A DNA stretch of 64,000 nucleotides, from contig OZ024757.1 in NCBI GenBank assembly GCA_964016885.1, forward strand, positions 37,572,001 through 37,636,000, written 5' to 3'. A model generated the notes under the pieces. It did no database searches, was not told the DNA's origin, and saw only the letters and a list, made by a program, of their open reading frames with translations. The position numbers and the translations under genes are program-made. Shown piece by piece: positions 25,191 through 39,296 of this stretch. The first letter of the stretch is position 1. Each line of letters begins with the position of its first letter. This DNA is from Eledone cirrhosa. Taxonomy: Eukaryota.

Positions 25191-25424
25191 TCCTGTCCTA
25201 GGGTTAAAAACCCCAGGAACGACAAAATATATGACCTCCCTCCAACTAATACAGGTCTGAAAGGTCGTGAAAGTGACCCGTAAATACATTGGTGTATAGT
25301 GAAGGCGGGAAATCGTAGACTAGCCGTCTATGATCGCTACTAAAAAAGATTTTTAGCAACTAAATAGAACGACAAAGATTTATCTCTACATACTGGAGAT
25401 CCTTGTACCCTCAGATATATATTA

Positions 25425-25465
<41 letters not shown>

Positions 25466-25581
25466 ATCTATATACACAACACCTCTTTATCTCTGGCATA
25501 TAGTTATAAAAGTGTAACACGAACAACAAATCAACCAGGTGCATGTGGCCATACTATATACCCACAATAAATAGCAAGAAG

Positions 25582-25617
<36 letters not shown>

Positions 25618-26914
25618 TCACTCACATGCAGATATATATAAATATAAAAGGGAAACACAAACTATGGACATGTCCCCTCTTCGGTTGTCTGCTGGGTGTC
25701 TCGGACATTTCAACGCATTTAAGACAATAAGTAACCACGCAGCCCCTTGTCTTGTCTTTACACACGCGCACACACACATATGTATACACTCGCGTATGTT
25801 TACCTATGTACCTTTTTTCTGTAACTGAGAAACGAACACGTTATTGCACTTGGTTCGATAAATGCATAAATGCTGCACCAAATCCGCCGTCACTACCTCC
25901 ACCAACACCACCCCTTCCCCTCCTCCACCACCACATAACACACACACTACCACACACCACCACCACCACGACGCCGCCATATAACACCAATAAACTAGAT
26001 AAACTTGAATTTAGCGGAAGTTATCAATCTGCTCTTTATAGATCACATGACAGGCCTGGAAGCTTTTACTTATCGATTATTTTGTTGTTTAGTTTTTCAA
26101 TTGAAAACAAATTTCGGAAGGAAATCCTTAAGCTGACATAGAGATCGTGCTGTCGGGCTGAGGGCTAAGTGTATCGATTAGATTCGAAATTATAAAACTG
26201 AAAGAAACGTACTTCTTGAAATAGGAGGAAATTATTATCGATTTCTTACAGTGGCACCAGGTCGAATATTTTAAACACGTGGTCTATATTCAATTTAAAT
26301 AACCACCCTACCTCTTCCGCCCTCTTCCGCTCTCCTTCACCATCACCTTTCTTAATTCCCAGCATCGCCCTAACCTTTTACCAACACCATTACCTTGCCA
26401 CATCCCTTCAGCACCACCCTTATCTTCCCACCATCAACCTCCCACCATTACCCTCCCTCCTCGCTTCCACCGTCACAATCCCTCCTCCAACAGCATCACT
26501 CTTCCTCCTCCACCACCACCAACGGGCTGAAACACAGCGATAATCACTGAAGATGTCAAAGAACAAGTGTGACGAAAGAACTTTGATAAATTATATCTAT
26601 ATTTATATTATTTTTAGCTGTTGGTCAGTCAATGATAAACATTGATTGTCAGCTAAATTATTTATAGAAATATAAAAATATACTGAAGTGAAAACCAAAC
26701 AGTGAGTGCGTTGTACTATATTTTGGCAATATTAGGACAATATGACCCTCCCTAAATATAATGTTTCAAACACGATTTTCCTTCTATATCAAACATAAAA
26801 CTAATATATTTCTTCATTGCACTGTGTCGTTTGTTTTCTTATTTCTATTTACCTTTTGCCCCTTTCCCCACCTCCACATATTTATGAAAGAGAGAACTGA
26901 CCTTAATACGAGGG

Positions 26915-27053
26915 CTGGTACTTTTATTTATCGATCTTAAAAGGTTGAAATCCATCGTTGACGTCGGTGGCATTTAATCTCAGAGAACCAGAGCGAATAC
27001 TGCAAAACATTTTATCCGACCGACGTTTCTAACAACTCTGCCAAGTCGTCGCT
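26915..27053 (-). mobile_element. Degenerate SINE copy
   Basis: CTGGTACTTTTATTTATCGA...CTCTGCCAAGTCGTCGC is similar to 23268-23444. Confidence 0.6.
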
Positions 27054-27647
27054 TTTTAAACATAGTAAAAAAAAAAAGCAAAAAACAAACAACAAACAAA
27101 CAAAATAGAAAGCAAAAAAAGCAAACAATAATTTAAATACGATGCGTGTAAAAATATAAATTCAATTTCCGAATATGGTGGTAATATCCGTTGAACCACA
27201 CAATAACGAGACCCCCCCCCCCCCACCAAAGAAAAATAAAACAAAGAAACAAAAAAAATCAAATTAAAAAACCCCTAACAATAAAAAAATAGTCAACTAA
27301 AATCCTCAATAGAGATCCTTTATTGTATTTTAATAATTATATAAAACAATTATAATGTAAATTAATTGAATAAAGCTCCCTAGGATTGGTGGCAGTAGGT
27401 ATTGGATGTGTGAAAAACTAGGGTCTAAATTTTGAACATCCTTAGAAAAACGTTTTCATAGAAAAGCTATTAGCGAGGGCGGACTGAAGGGGAAAAATAA
27501 CACATCCGCTAAAGCTGATTACGATGGTGATGGTTGTGATTATGATATGATGATATGATGATTATATGATGGTGATATGATGGTGATGATATGATGGTGA
27601 TGTGATGATATGATGGTGATGTGATGATGATGATAAGAAATAATAAT

Positions 27648-27760
27648 AATTGTTTCTACTTTTGGCACAAGGCCAGCAATCACCCAGTACATTACTGGTA
27701 CTTTATTTTATCTACCCCGTAAGGATGAAAGGCAAAGTTAACCTCGGCGGGATTTGAACT
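27648..27760 (-). mobile_element. 5'-truncated SINE copy
   Basis: Near-identical to 23268-23380. Confidence 0.88.
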
Positions 27761-28869
27761 TGATAATAATAATAATGTTAATATTAATAATAATAGTAGT
27801 AGTAATTGAGCAAAGAAAAGCACAACAAAAAACATTTCTTTTATTTCCTACTCAAACATCATCTTGTCTTCGTAGTTAATGAATCTTAATTTATCTTTTT
27901 TCTTTCTTCATATTTCTTTATTTTATACTTCTATTTCTTTATTCTTTTATTTTTATCTTTATTTGTTCTTTTCTTTTTATCTTTTTCTTTTTTCTTTCGT
28001 TTTTTTTCTTTTTCTTTTTCTTTTTTTTTTCATTTTTTTCTTTGCTTTTTCTTTTTTTCTTAATTTTTTTCTCTTTTTTTCTTGATTTTTTTTTTCCTTG
28101 ATTTTTTTCTTCTTTTTCTTCCTCTTTAGATGGAAGATAATTCCCCTTCATTCATTTTTCTCTCCTTTTGTATTAACGATTTAAAACCATTTTCCTTCCT
28201 CCCCACTCCATCCGCCATTGTTTGCCGAAGTTTTCAATGGCTGAAATACTCGCCGAACTGGTTTATTATGCCGTATCCGATCTTTATCTGTTGCTCTACA
28301 GTTATATTATCTCTTGCTATTATATTACATTATATTATATATATATGTCTTCTATCTTATTCTCTAGTCCTCCTACTCGCCGACATCGCGACATTGCTAA
28401 CACTGCCGCCATTTTAAGTCGTGTTCTGTTGTGTTATACTATTGTATGTTGTCTAGTGTTGTCTAATCTGGTTTTTGTTTCAAAGATGTCGCCATCTTGT
28501 CTTCTATCGTGTTTTCACTCTACGATTTTCTGCGTCAAAATATCAAAATATCGTCTAAAATCTTGAATTATAATAGATATACGTTTGTATTATCTCTATA
28601 TTATCTCTTACCTGAACTCTTTCTAAGCCGTGTCGTGCCATATTTTGTTTATCACATACACATACACACACACACAGTCACAGACACATAGACAGACACA
28701 CACACATACAGATAGACACAAACACACATACAGACACAGGCATAGACACATGCATACACATACACACGCATACACACACACATGCATACAGACACACGCA
28801 TACAGACACACGCATAGAGACACACGCATGCATACACACACACACACACGCATACACATATATATATAT

Positions 28870-29038
28870 AACAAAGGAATTGTGGTAAGGAACCAGATGG
28901 ACCATAACGCACCAGAGTACTCAATACTTAGGGTAGTAGAGTGGGAAATAGGAAAAGTATGACCCCGACTGCAGAGCTCAAGCCGTTTCGACGGCTATTT
29001 CAGTCCAGAAATAGCTGTCGTGGTCATACTTTTTCCTA
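28870..29038 (-). mobile_element. PLE family A tail + hammerhead 3' half + short inversion
   Basis: Matches 40948-41077. The inverted piece ends TTTTCCTA|TATA. Confidence 0.88.
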
Positions 29039-29354
29039 TATATATATATATATATATTGTGTGTGTGTGTGTGGTGTTTTTATGTATTTCAATGTATGGG
29101 TGTAAAGCAGCAAATTGGCAGTCGTTACGACGTCACATAGAATGTTATGTGTCTTTCGTTCCAGCTTCCGGTGTTCAGAGATTAAATCTTGTCGAGGTCA
29201 ACTTTGCTTGATAAGAAATGGAGTCAATTATTTCTCTACATCTCTTTCTTAATTCTTCTTCCGTACCACTTTCTTAATTCTTCTTCTGTACCCCTTTCTC
29301 AATTCTTCTTCTGTACTTCTTTCTCAAAATTTCCTTTACATTTGCGCGTTTCTG

Positions 29355-29405
<51 letters not shown>

Positions 29406-29406
29406 G

Positions 29407-29484
<78 letters not shown>

Positions 29485-29950
29485 AGGTGGTGTGTGGTTG
29501 CTAGTAACGAGTGTTTAGAAAGTAGAGTATATATATATATATATATATTGTGTATATGTATGTGTATATATATATTTATGTATATATATATATTGTGTAT
29601 ATGTATGTGTATAAGTATATATATATATGTGTATATGTATATATATATATATGTGTATATATATATGTATATATTTTTTCTATAAATGTATATATATATT
29701 GTGTATATGTATGTATATATATATGTATACTTTTTTCTATAAATGTATATATATATGTATATTTTTTCTATAAATATATATATATATATTTCTATGTGTA
29801 TATGTATGTATATATATGTGTATATATTTTTCTATAATTGTATATATATATATATGTATATATTTTTCTATAAATGTATGTTTCTATAAATGTATATATT
29901 TGTATATATTTTTCTATAAATGTATATATATATATATTTTTCTATAAATG

Positions 29951-29993
<43 letters not shown>

Positions 29994-30052
29994 CTTTCTA
30001 TAAATGTATGTATATATATATACATATATATGTATATATCTTTCTATAAATG

Positions 30053-30091
<39 letters not shown>

Positions 30092-30142
30092 TTTTCTATA
30101 AATGTATATATATATATGTATATATTTTTCTTTAAATGTATG

Positions 30143-30173
<31 letters not shown>

Positions 30174-30769
30174 TTTTCTAAAAATGTATATATATATACA
30201 CATATATATATAGAATGTGTGTGTATGTATTTATATAGAAGTCCACACAAATAAAGCGGGTTTTTAGTTCGGTTCATCGGAAAGGAAGTGAAGTTTTCGA
30301 TATTATCAGATTGATTAAAATCGATAAATATGATTGACAATCTCTCACAATACATTTCTATAAACATGTCAAACATTCTAGTTATGTCAATGTCGGGTTT
30401 GATAACACAAGTCATCTCCACTACTGGAACACTGTAAATCAACGACCGGATGGCCATGATGATGATGGTGATGGTGGTGGTGTTGGTGGTGTTGGTGGTG
30501 ATTGTGGTGGTTGTGATGATGCTGATGTTGATGGTGGTAATGATGGTAGTGAGGTTGTTGGTGGTGGTGGTAGTGATGGTGGTGATGGTGATGTGTTGAT
30601 GGTGATGGTGGTGATGATTGTCATAGTGGTGGTGAAGGTGGTGATGGTGGTGATGGTGGTGTTGATGGTGGTGATGGTAGTGATGATGATGTTGGTCGTG
30701 ACGGTGTTGATGATTGTGATGATGGTAGCGATGATGATGATGGTCGTGGTGATGATGTTGATGGTGATG

Positions 30770-31355
30770 GTGTACCTATTGTAAACCTGATATATACAGG
30801 GATACAGTGTACCCATTGTAAACCTGATATACACAGGGATACAGTGTACCTATTGTAAACCTGATATACACAGGGATACAGTGTACCCATTGTAAACCTG
30901 ATACATACAGGGATACAGTGTACCCATTGTAAACCTGATAGATACAGGGATACAGTGTACCTATTGTAAACCTGATATACAAAGGGATACAGTGTACATG
31001 TAAACCAGATATACACAGGGATACAGTGTACCTATTGTAAACCTGATATACACAGGGATACAGTGTACCTATTGTAAACCTGATATACACAGGGATACAG
31101 TGTACCTATTCTAAACCTGATATACACAGGGATACAGTGTACCCATTGTAAACCTGATACATACAGGGATACAGTGTACCTATTGTAAACCTGATATACA
31201 AAGGGATACAGACAGTGTACATGTAAACCAGATATACACAGGGATACAGTGTACCTATTGTAAACCAGATATACACAGGGATACAGTGTACCTATTGTAA
31301 ACCTGATATACACAGGGTTACAGTGTACCTATTGTAAACCTGATACATACAGGGC
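30770..31355. repeat. 37-bp minisatellite GTGTACCTATTGTAAACCTGATATACACAGGGATACA, about 16 copies
   Basis: Head-to-tail units with no unique spacers. Confidence 0.95.
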
Positions 31356-32560
31356 AAATCAGATACACACATGGGTACATAGAAAATCCGACCAAACATC
31401 CATTGTGTTTAACGTAAACACCAGTAGAACAGCTTAGCAGAAAGAAGGAAGGAAAATGGAAAAAGCTCTATTATCCAGCAACAGACACAGACCACCATTG
31501 CTGTAGAACACGAAAGCCGAATCTGACATCAGAACGGAATCAATATGAACGTACATAGATTTCCTGTTATAAGAAATATATAAGAATAAAAAACACATAA
31601 TACAATATAATATAATATATATACATATCTAAAGGGAAGAGAGAAAATTTATCGGATATTTGTGTTTTCTGTCTGAACTTCACGTATTTTTTCTCTCTCC
31701 TGCCACAATCTATCATTGCCAACAAACACAGTCTGGCCAAATTCCATTTCTATATCACGCGAGAATATTTTTAAGTTCAGCTGGGTTTTGTTAACAAGAA
31801 TTTTGAGCATTAATATTATAAAGAAAATGAGATGGTCAACAAATAGAACTTGTTGTTTTACATGTGTAGCCATGGATGGTTCTCTGTTCAGCATTCTGTT
31901 GTCAAATTTACATATTTATATAACACGTAGTGTCTGTGTATGTAATGTATGTAATGTATGTAATGTATGTAGGTATGTATACACGCACATATAGATATAC
32001 ATACATACATATATATATATGCACACACATACAAACATACATGCATACACACATATATGAATATATATATATATATACACTCACATATATATGTATACAC
32101 ATACATACAAATTCATACACATACATACATATACCCATACATACATGCATACACATACACATACATAGATATACACATAGACATACATAGATATGCACAT
32201 ACACACATATGCATATACACACACAGACATATGCACACACATACATACATATACACACAAACACATTCACATATATACACAGACATACACATCTAATGGA
32301 GCGTGATTTAGTGGTTAGAATGATCGGCTCAAGGTTGTGAGTTGGATACCCGGCGGCAAGTTGTTCTTGAGCAAGAGGTACATTATTCCAGTTTATACCA
32401 CCTACGACACCTCACAGTTACACTATCATGCATGCAATCTTTAACCATCAGCCATCATTATTTTGCATAAGACCCTTTGTTGAATTACACCCGAAACAAC
32501 ATCTAAATAAGAAAGTCAGTTATTTTATTAAACACCATTAAATTCTGGTTAAAAAGAAAA

Positions 32561-33345
32561 TCACTCCAGGTAGAGCCACTACTTCTCAGAATTGGGAGAT
32601 CACAGCTCTGATACTATGGACATATGGTTAGAAGTCTCAGGAAAGTATGTGTAGCTTGGATATCAGAGAGTCACTCCAGGTATAGTTGCTACTTCTTCGA
32701 ATTAAGAGATCACAGTTCTGATACTATGGGCACGTGGTTAGAATGTCCCAGGAAAGAATGTGTAGCTCAGAGATCGGAGAGTCACGCCAGGCATAGCTGC
32801 TACTTTTCGGAATTGAGAGATCACAGCTCTGATACTATGGGCACGTGGTTAGAATGTCTCAGAAAAGAATGTGTAGCTCAGAGATCAAAGAGTCACTCCA
32901 GGCATAGCTGCTACTTCTCGGAATTGAGAGATCATAGTTCCAATACTATGGACATGTGATTAGAATGTCTCAGGAAAGAATCGATGGACAAGTTTGTAGC
33001 TCGGAGCTCAGAGAGTTGCTCCAGAGCCGCTAAATCTCGGAATTGAGAGATCACAGCTCTGATACTATGGCCATGTGGTTAGAATGTCTCAGGAAAGAAT
33101 CGCTGGACAGATTTTACGGGTAAAACCAATTGGCAAGAGACCCAGAGGTAGAAATTGAGCAAGATGGTTGGATAACGTTCATGAGCTTGGCTGGTGTCAC
33201 TTGGGGATCCATGTGGATCAGTTGAAGACGGTTGCTTCCGACAGGACCTGCTAATAGGAGTGTTTGAGGACTCTGTCCACCAGTAACCTCTCAGGAATAA
33301 GTGGGCGAAGAAGATGACAGAATACAGAAGAAGAAATAGGTTAAG
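32561..33345 (+). mobile_element. RTE-clade LINE 3' fragment with an internal segment of about 120 bp tandemly amplified about 5 times
   Basis: The last unit translates SQL*YYGHVVRMSQERIAGQILRVKPIGKRPRGR, typical of the RTE ORF C-terminus. A homologous copy lies at 54415-54675. Confidence 0.8.
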
Positions 33346-33774
33346 TACTTCATAAGAAATATGAAAATGAAAGGGTTTAAGAAAACATGAGAGAGTCAGT
33401 TTTTACAAAATATGTAGTTTATTAACGACTTAATGTGTGTGGAGCTTAAGTCAGCGTTTGGATAAGATAGCTGTGTTCTATGGATTCTGATCTGTAACTT
33501 AGCAGATTTTGGAAATCTTTTTTGCAGAATGATTGAAATTTAAGAGAAAGAAACGAAACGTAGGTGCACACACGTACATCTTATACACCACACACACACA
33601 CATGCATACATATATCTCCGTATGTATCATATATATATATATATATATATGTGTGCGTGTGTATATCAAGATAGTTAGATAGATAACCAGATATAGATAT
33701 CGATCTACACACATTTTGTATATATGTATATATTTATGAGTATATATTTGTGTATATATGTAAATATTTATATG

Positions 33775-33809
<35 letters not shown>

Positions 33810-33844
33810 TGATATATATGTGTACATATTTATGGGTATATATT

Positions 33845-33891
<47 letters not shown>

Positions 33892-34925
33892 ATATATATG
33901 TACATATTTATGGGTATATATTTATGTATACATATGTATATATGTATGTATATATATTAATGTGTGTGTGTATATATATATGTATATATTTATGCGTATA
34001 TATTTGTGTATATATGTAAATATTTATATGTATATATATGCGAATATTTGTGTGTGTATTTATGTGTATATATTTATGTATATGTATGACCAAGAAAGCC
34101 GAATATCTGATAAGATTAAATATATAAGGTAATCTAGTTTAATAATTATCACGTCAATATACACCCACCCCATTCTACATACACACACACATATATATAT
34201 AGATATACATACGATTGTGCTGTTTCCGTTATTATGGTCATATATGTATGTATATTTATATATATGTACGTATATATGTTTATATATATATACAGACACA
34301 CAAACACATATAGATGTGCTTCATATATATATATATGTATGTATATATGTATGTATATATATATATATATATATATATACACGCACACAAAAATAGCCAC
34401 ACATATATAGTCAATATAGTTGAGAGGTGATACCGTAAACTATACGTGTTGTTGTGACAGATTCTGAGCTGATAAAAATCTTTTTATTTCTAAACTTTCA
34501 AATACGTAGAAAACAGAAATAATATCCGGCATTCTTAGTTTCGTTTCGTTTCGTTTCGTTTCGTCTTGATTTCGTTTCGCATTATATTGCTCTGTTTGGC
34601 TTCTAACATCTTTATTTGTTGTATTTTTGTCTATTTTGTGATCTTCTTGATATCCCTTCGCTTTCTTTGTCTCTCTTTTACTTATATTTCTCTCGCCCTC
34701 TCTATTCTCTGTCGTCTACCTCACTATATATCACTATAGCTATTCTCTTTCTCATATCTATCTATCTATCTATCTCTATATATATATATATGTATATATG
34801 TATATGTATAGAAGAAAGACGTCTGTACGAAACGTTGAAACCTTCTCCACTTCCTCCAAACGTGAACCTAATGTAACTCTGTAATTTGCCTCCTCTGCTT
34901 TGTTTGTTTCATTTATTAACTATAT

Positions 34926-34956
<31 letters not shown>

Positions 34957-34962
34957 GTTGAT

Positions 34963-35150
34963 ATAAGGTATACTTAAAAATAAGGAGAAAGCATGAACGG
35001 GAAAAACTTTTCCTTCATCAGTTGTCTGCTGGGGGTCTTGGATATTTCTAGACCCCCAGGAGACAACTGATGAAGGAAAACCTTCTCCCTTTCATGCTTT
35101 CTTATTATTTTTAAGTATACCTTATCCTGCAACTACACAGGCGTCCTCTC

Positions 35151-35153
<3 letters not shown>
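34963..35153 (+). mobile_element. Older hairpin+tail insertion (family D) in (TA)n
   Basis: Diverged arms 34963-35038 and about 35050-35125 each contain CTGATGAAGG, followed by a 28-nt tail. Related sequence at about 25675-25715. Confidence 0.65.
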
Positions 35154-35196
<43 letters not shown>

Positions 35197-35254
35197 GTGA
35201 ATAACTCATGTGACCAGTTGAATATCAACTGGTATTTACATCTGTGGATGAGAA

Positions 35255-35285
<31 letters not shown>

Positions 35286-35318
35286 AACAAGACGGTTACG
35301 TTAGTACATCCACGTTTA

Positions 35319-35371
35319 TTTTGTTATACGTATTTCGAAGACATCTGGCAACGTGTTCTCTTCAGATAAAA
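35319..35371 (-). ncRNA. Type I hammerhead ribozyme motif (insertion 35285-35426; sister tail fragment 35193-35260)
   Basis: Minus strand: UUUUAU-CUGAAGA-GAACAC..GUCUUC-GAAA-UACGUA-UA|ACAAAA. Palindromic stem III; one mismatch each in stems I and II. Confidence 0.7.
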
Positions 35372-35425
35372 CCCACAGTTGTAAATATCAGTTGATGTTC
35401 AACCGGTCACACGAGTTATTCACTT

Positions 35426-35482
<57 letters not shown>

Positions 35483-35513
35483 AGAGAGGGGGCAGTGTAG
35501 TTGCTGAAGAAAG

Positions 35514-35549
<36 letters not shown>

Positions 35550-35620
35550 TGTTAAATATTTCCGAAGAAAAAGCAAAGGAAAAAAGAATGCTCTATGTAT
35601 AAAACAGAGCCATTTAACCC

Positions 35621-35688
35621 CTCTATCTGATGAGCGAACTAGACGTATGTTAACATTGTCTAGGATCCTGAAACCTTTGGTAATGGAG
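35621..35688 (+). ncRNA. Type I hammerhead ribozyme motif
   Basis: CUCUAU-CUGAUGA-[CUAGAC..AUGUUAACAU..GUCUAG stem II]-GAAA-CC-UUU-GG-UA|AUGGAG. 6-bp stem I, GUA site; the base of stem II is imperfect. Confidence 0.7.
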
Positions 35689-36394
35689 TAGTTATATATT
35701 GTGTTGTTCACTTTCTAATTAAACACACCCACAGACCTACACACCCACACGCACCCACACCCACCCACACACTCCCACCCACACACACACATTTATCTCC
35801 CCCTATCACTCAATAGTTCTCTCTCTCTCTCCTTCATTCTGTCAAGTCTTGTGTATCTTTCACGCAATTTACAATCAATCTTTGACAATCAAGTTAACCA
35901 ACCGATTAGTGAACAAATGGAAGAACACTGCAAGACAATGGAATCTCTTTTGTCTCACAATTGTTGCTGCCATAATAATAATAATAGTAGTAGTAATGAA
36001 TGTAGTAATATGATAAATACCAATAATAATTAATCATAGTAGTAGTATTTGTAATAGTAGTCGTAGTAGTTGTGGTAGTAGTAATAAAGAAAACATTTAA
36101 AACACGAAACATTAGAAGATATATATACAACACAGTATTTTCGAGTGTGTGTGTATGTGTATATATATATATATATGTGTGTGTTTGTGTGTGTAAAAAT
36201 GTATGTGTATCCTCCTCCTATATAATATATACACATGCATACATACATAAATATACACACACATACATATGTGTATATGTATGTGTAAATATATATGTAT
36301 ATATGTATCTATATATATAGATATATGCATACATGTACACACACACACTATACATATATATATATATATTTATGTATATGTATGTATATAAATC

Positions 36395-36434
<40 letters not shown>

Positions 36435-36508
36435 GTATGTATATATGTAATGTATATATATATGCATATGTATGTATATAAATCTATGTATGTATATATA
36501 TATATAAA

Positions 36509-36545
<37 letters not shown>

Positions 36546-36587
36546 TATGTATGTATATAAATCTATGTATGTATATATATATATAAA

Positions 36588-36636
<49 letters not shown>

Positions 36637-36678
36637 TATGTATGTATATAAATCTATGTATGTATATATATATATAAA

Positions 36679-36717
<39 letters not shown>

Positions 36718-37126
36718 TATGTATGTATATAAATCTATGTATGTATATATATATATATATAAAATGTATATATATATATATATATGTGTGTGTGTATATA
36801 ATCATCTGTTGTTGATATATATATATATATATATATAAACACCGCCATTACTATCCTATGGCTGGTAAATTTCAACATATTCATCTATACATCTTTTTAT
36901 TTTTATTTATTTATATCAATTATTATTATCAATAATAAGAATTCTACTATTATTATTCTGTGATAATGATAATATCATTATCAATATCATTATCAAACAA
37001 TTTAATTTTTTCTATTTTGAAATTATTATTGTTCATATTATCTTTATCTCTGTCGACATCTTAGCTATTACAAAGCTAGCGTTAATAGTACAGGAAATAT
37101 TGTTTTATCATTCCAATTTCTTGTTG

Positions 37127-38390
37127 TTTGTGTTGTTATTAGTGTTGTTATTAGTGTTGTTATTAGTGTTGTTATTAGTGTTGTTAGTAGTGTTGTTAGT
37201 AGTGTTGTTAGTAGTGTTGTTAGTAGTGTTGTTATTAGTGTTGTTATTAGTGTTGTTAGTAGTGTTGTTAGTAGTGTTGTTAGTAGTGTTGTTAGTAGTG
37301 TTGTTAGTAGTGTTGTTAGTAGTGTTGTTAGTAGTGTTGTTAGTAGTGTTGTTAGTAGTGTTGTTAGTAGTGTTGTTAGTAGTGTTGTTAGTAGTGTTGT
37401 TAGTAGTGTTGTTAGTAGTGTTGTTAGTAGTGTTGTTAGTAGTGTTGTTAGTAGTGTTGTTAGTAGTGTTGTTAGTAGTGTTGTTAGTAGTGTTGTTAGT
37501 AGTGTTGTTAGTAGTGTTGTTAGTAGTGTTGTTAGTAGTGTTGTTAGTAGTGTTGTTGTTAGTAGTGTTGTTAGTAGTGTTGTTAGTAGTGTTGTTAGTA
37601 GTGTTGTTAGTAGTGTTGTTAGTAGTGTTGTTAGTAGTGTTGTTAGTAGTGTTGTTAGTAGTAGTGTTAGTAGTGTTGTTAGTAGTGTTGTTAGTAGTGT
37701 TGTTAGTAGTGTTATTAGTGTTGTTATTAGTGTTGTTAGTAGTGTTGTTAGTAGTGTTGTTAGTAGTGTTGTTAGTAGTGTTGTTAGTAGTGTTGTTAGT
37801 AGTGTTGTTAGTAGTGTTGTTAGTAGTGTTGTTAGTAGTGTTGTTAGTAGTGTTGTTAGTAGTGTTGTTAGTAGTGTTGTTAGTAGTGTTTCAGTAGTGT
37901 TTCAGTAGTGTTTTAGTAGTGTTTTAGTAGTGTTTTAGTAGTGTTTTAGTAGTGTTTTAGTAGTGTTGTTAGTAGTGTTGTTAGTAGTGTTGGTGTTGTT
38001 GTTGTTAATAGTGTTGTTATTAGTGTTGTTAGTAGTGTTGTTAGTCGTGTTGTTAGTAGTGTTGTTAGTAGTGTTGTTATTAGTGTTGTTAGTAGTGTTG
38101 TTAGTAGTGTTGTTAGTAGTGTTGTTAGTAGTGTTGTTAGTGTTGTTAGTAGTGTTGTTATTAGTGTTGTTAGTCGTGTTGTTAGTAGTGTTGTTAGTAG
38201 TGTTGTTAGTAGTGTTGTTAGTAGTGTTGTTAGTAGTGTTGTTAGTAGTGTTGTTAGTAGTGTTGTTAGTAGTGTTGTTAGTAGTGTTGTTAGTAGTGTT
38301 GTTAGTAGTGTTGTTAGTAGTGTTGTTAGTAGTGTTGTTAGTAGTGTTGTTAGTAGTGTTGTTAGTAGTGTTGGTGTTGTTGTTGGTGTT
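37127..38390. repeat. 12-bp minisatellite (GTAGTGTTGTTA)n
   Basis: Directly visible. A 10-bp variant block lies at about 37885-37960. Confidence 0.97.
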
Positions 38391-39118
38391 ATTTCTTTTT
38401 CGGCCCTTGTGGCCAATAAATGAAATCATTTCTTTTTCTTTATTATTATTATTATTGTTTTTGTTGTTCTTTCATTATTCTGCTTTATATCCCCCTCATG
38501 CTCTTCCTCCTCTCTCTATTGCATCTCCTCTTTCCTTTTCTCCCTTCCTCCTACCCTCCTTCTCTACTCCTTCTCTCCTTCTATACTCCTTCTCTCTCGT
38601 CCACTCTCCCCCAACTTTCTTCATCATCATCTCCTCCTCTTCTTCTTCATTCCCTTCCTCTTCTTCCCCCTCCCCTTAATCCTCCTCTTCTCTTTTTTCT
38701 TTTTATTTTAAAATTATCACGACCAATCTCAAACATGATAATCTTCATCACTATAAGTCCTCCTCTACCTCCACTCAATTATCCTCCTCCTATACCTCCA
38801 CTCAATTATCCTCCCCCTTTCCTCCCACTCAATCCTCCTCCTATCCTATCAACATATACAACCTCATTAAACCTATAATTAACAGCTTCTTTCCTACGTC
38901 ACGTTTCATCTGAAAAAACAAAAGAACAAGAGAAAAGATAATATTGCAACAGAATGTGAATAAAATACACACAAGATGTTTTAAATATTAAAGATGGCAG
39001 CATAAATAGAATAAGATATAAGAAGGTATGTAATTCTAAGGCTGCGACAACGTGAAAGGTGTAGTACGATGTAACCCTTTAACATTTACATTACTCTATG
39101 TATACTATTATATTTTCA

Positions 39119-39296
39119 TTGACAGTATCGATAGAGGGTTGGGCGCCATGCTTTCTAGCATAGTTACGTCCCTTTACAGTCTGAGCTCAAATCCCGCCGA
39201 GGTTAACTTTGCCTTTCATCCTTACGGGCTCGGTAAAATAAAGTACCAGTAATGCACTGGGTAATTGCTGGCCTTGCGCCAAAAGTAGAAACAATT
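39119..39296 (+). mobile_element. tRNA-derived SINE copy
   Basis: Reverse complement of the 23268-23444 family. Confidence 0.88.

Noticed and set aside
30770-31355. 37-bp repeat of CRISPR-like length
   Set aside because: Head-to-tail with no unique spacers, no cas genes, and a eukaryotic context. The same applies to 6690-9600 and 48360-48735.
35010-35090. Family D CTGATGAAGG as an intact ribozyme
   Set aside because: No properly placed downstream GAAA or stem III; at most a relic.
37100-38679. Poly-(LLVV) and poly-(NNTT) ORFs
   Set aside because: A 12-bp minisatellite whose frame is broken by a 10-bp variant block.
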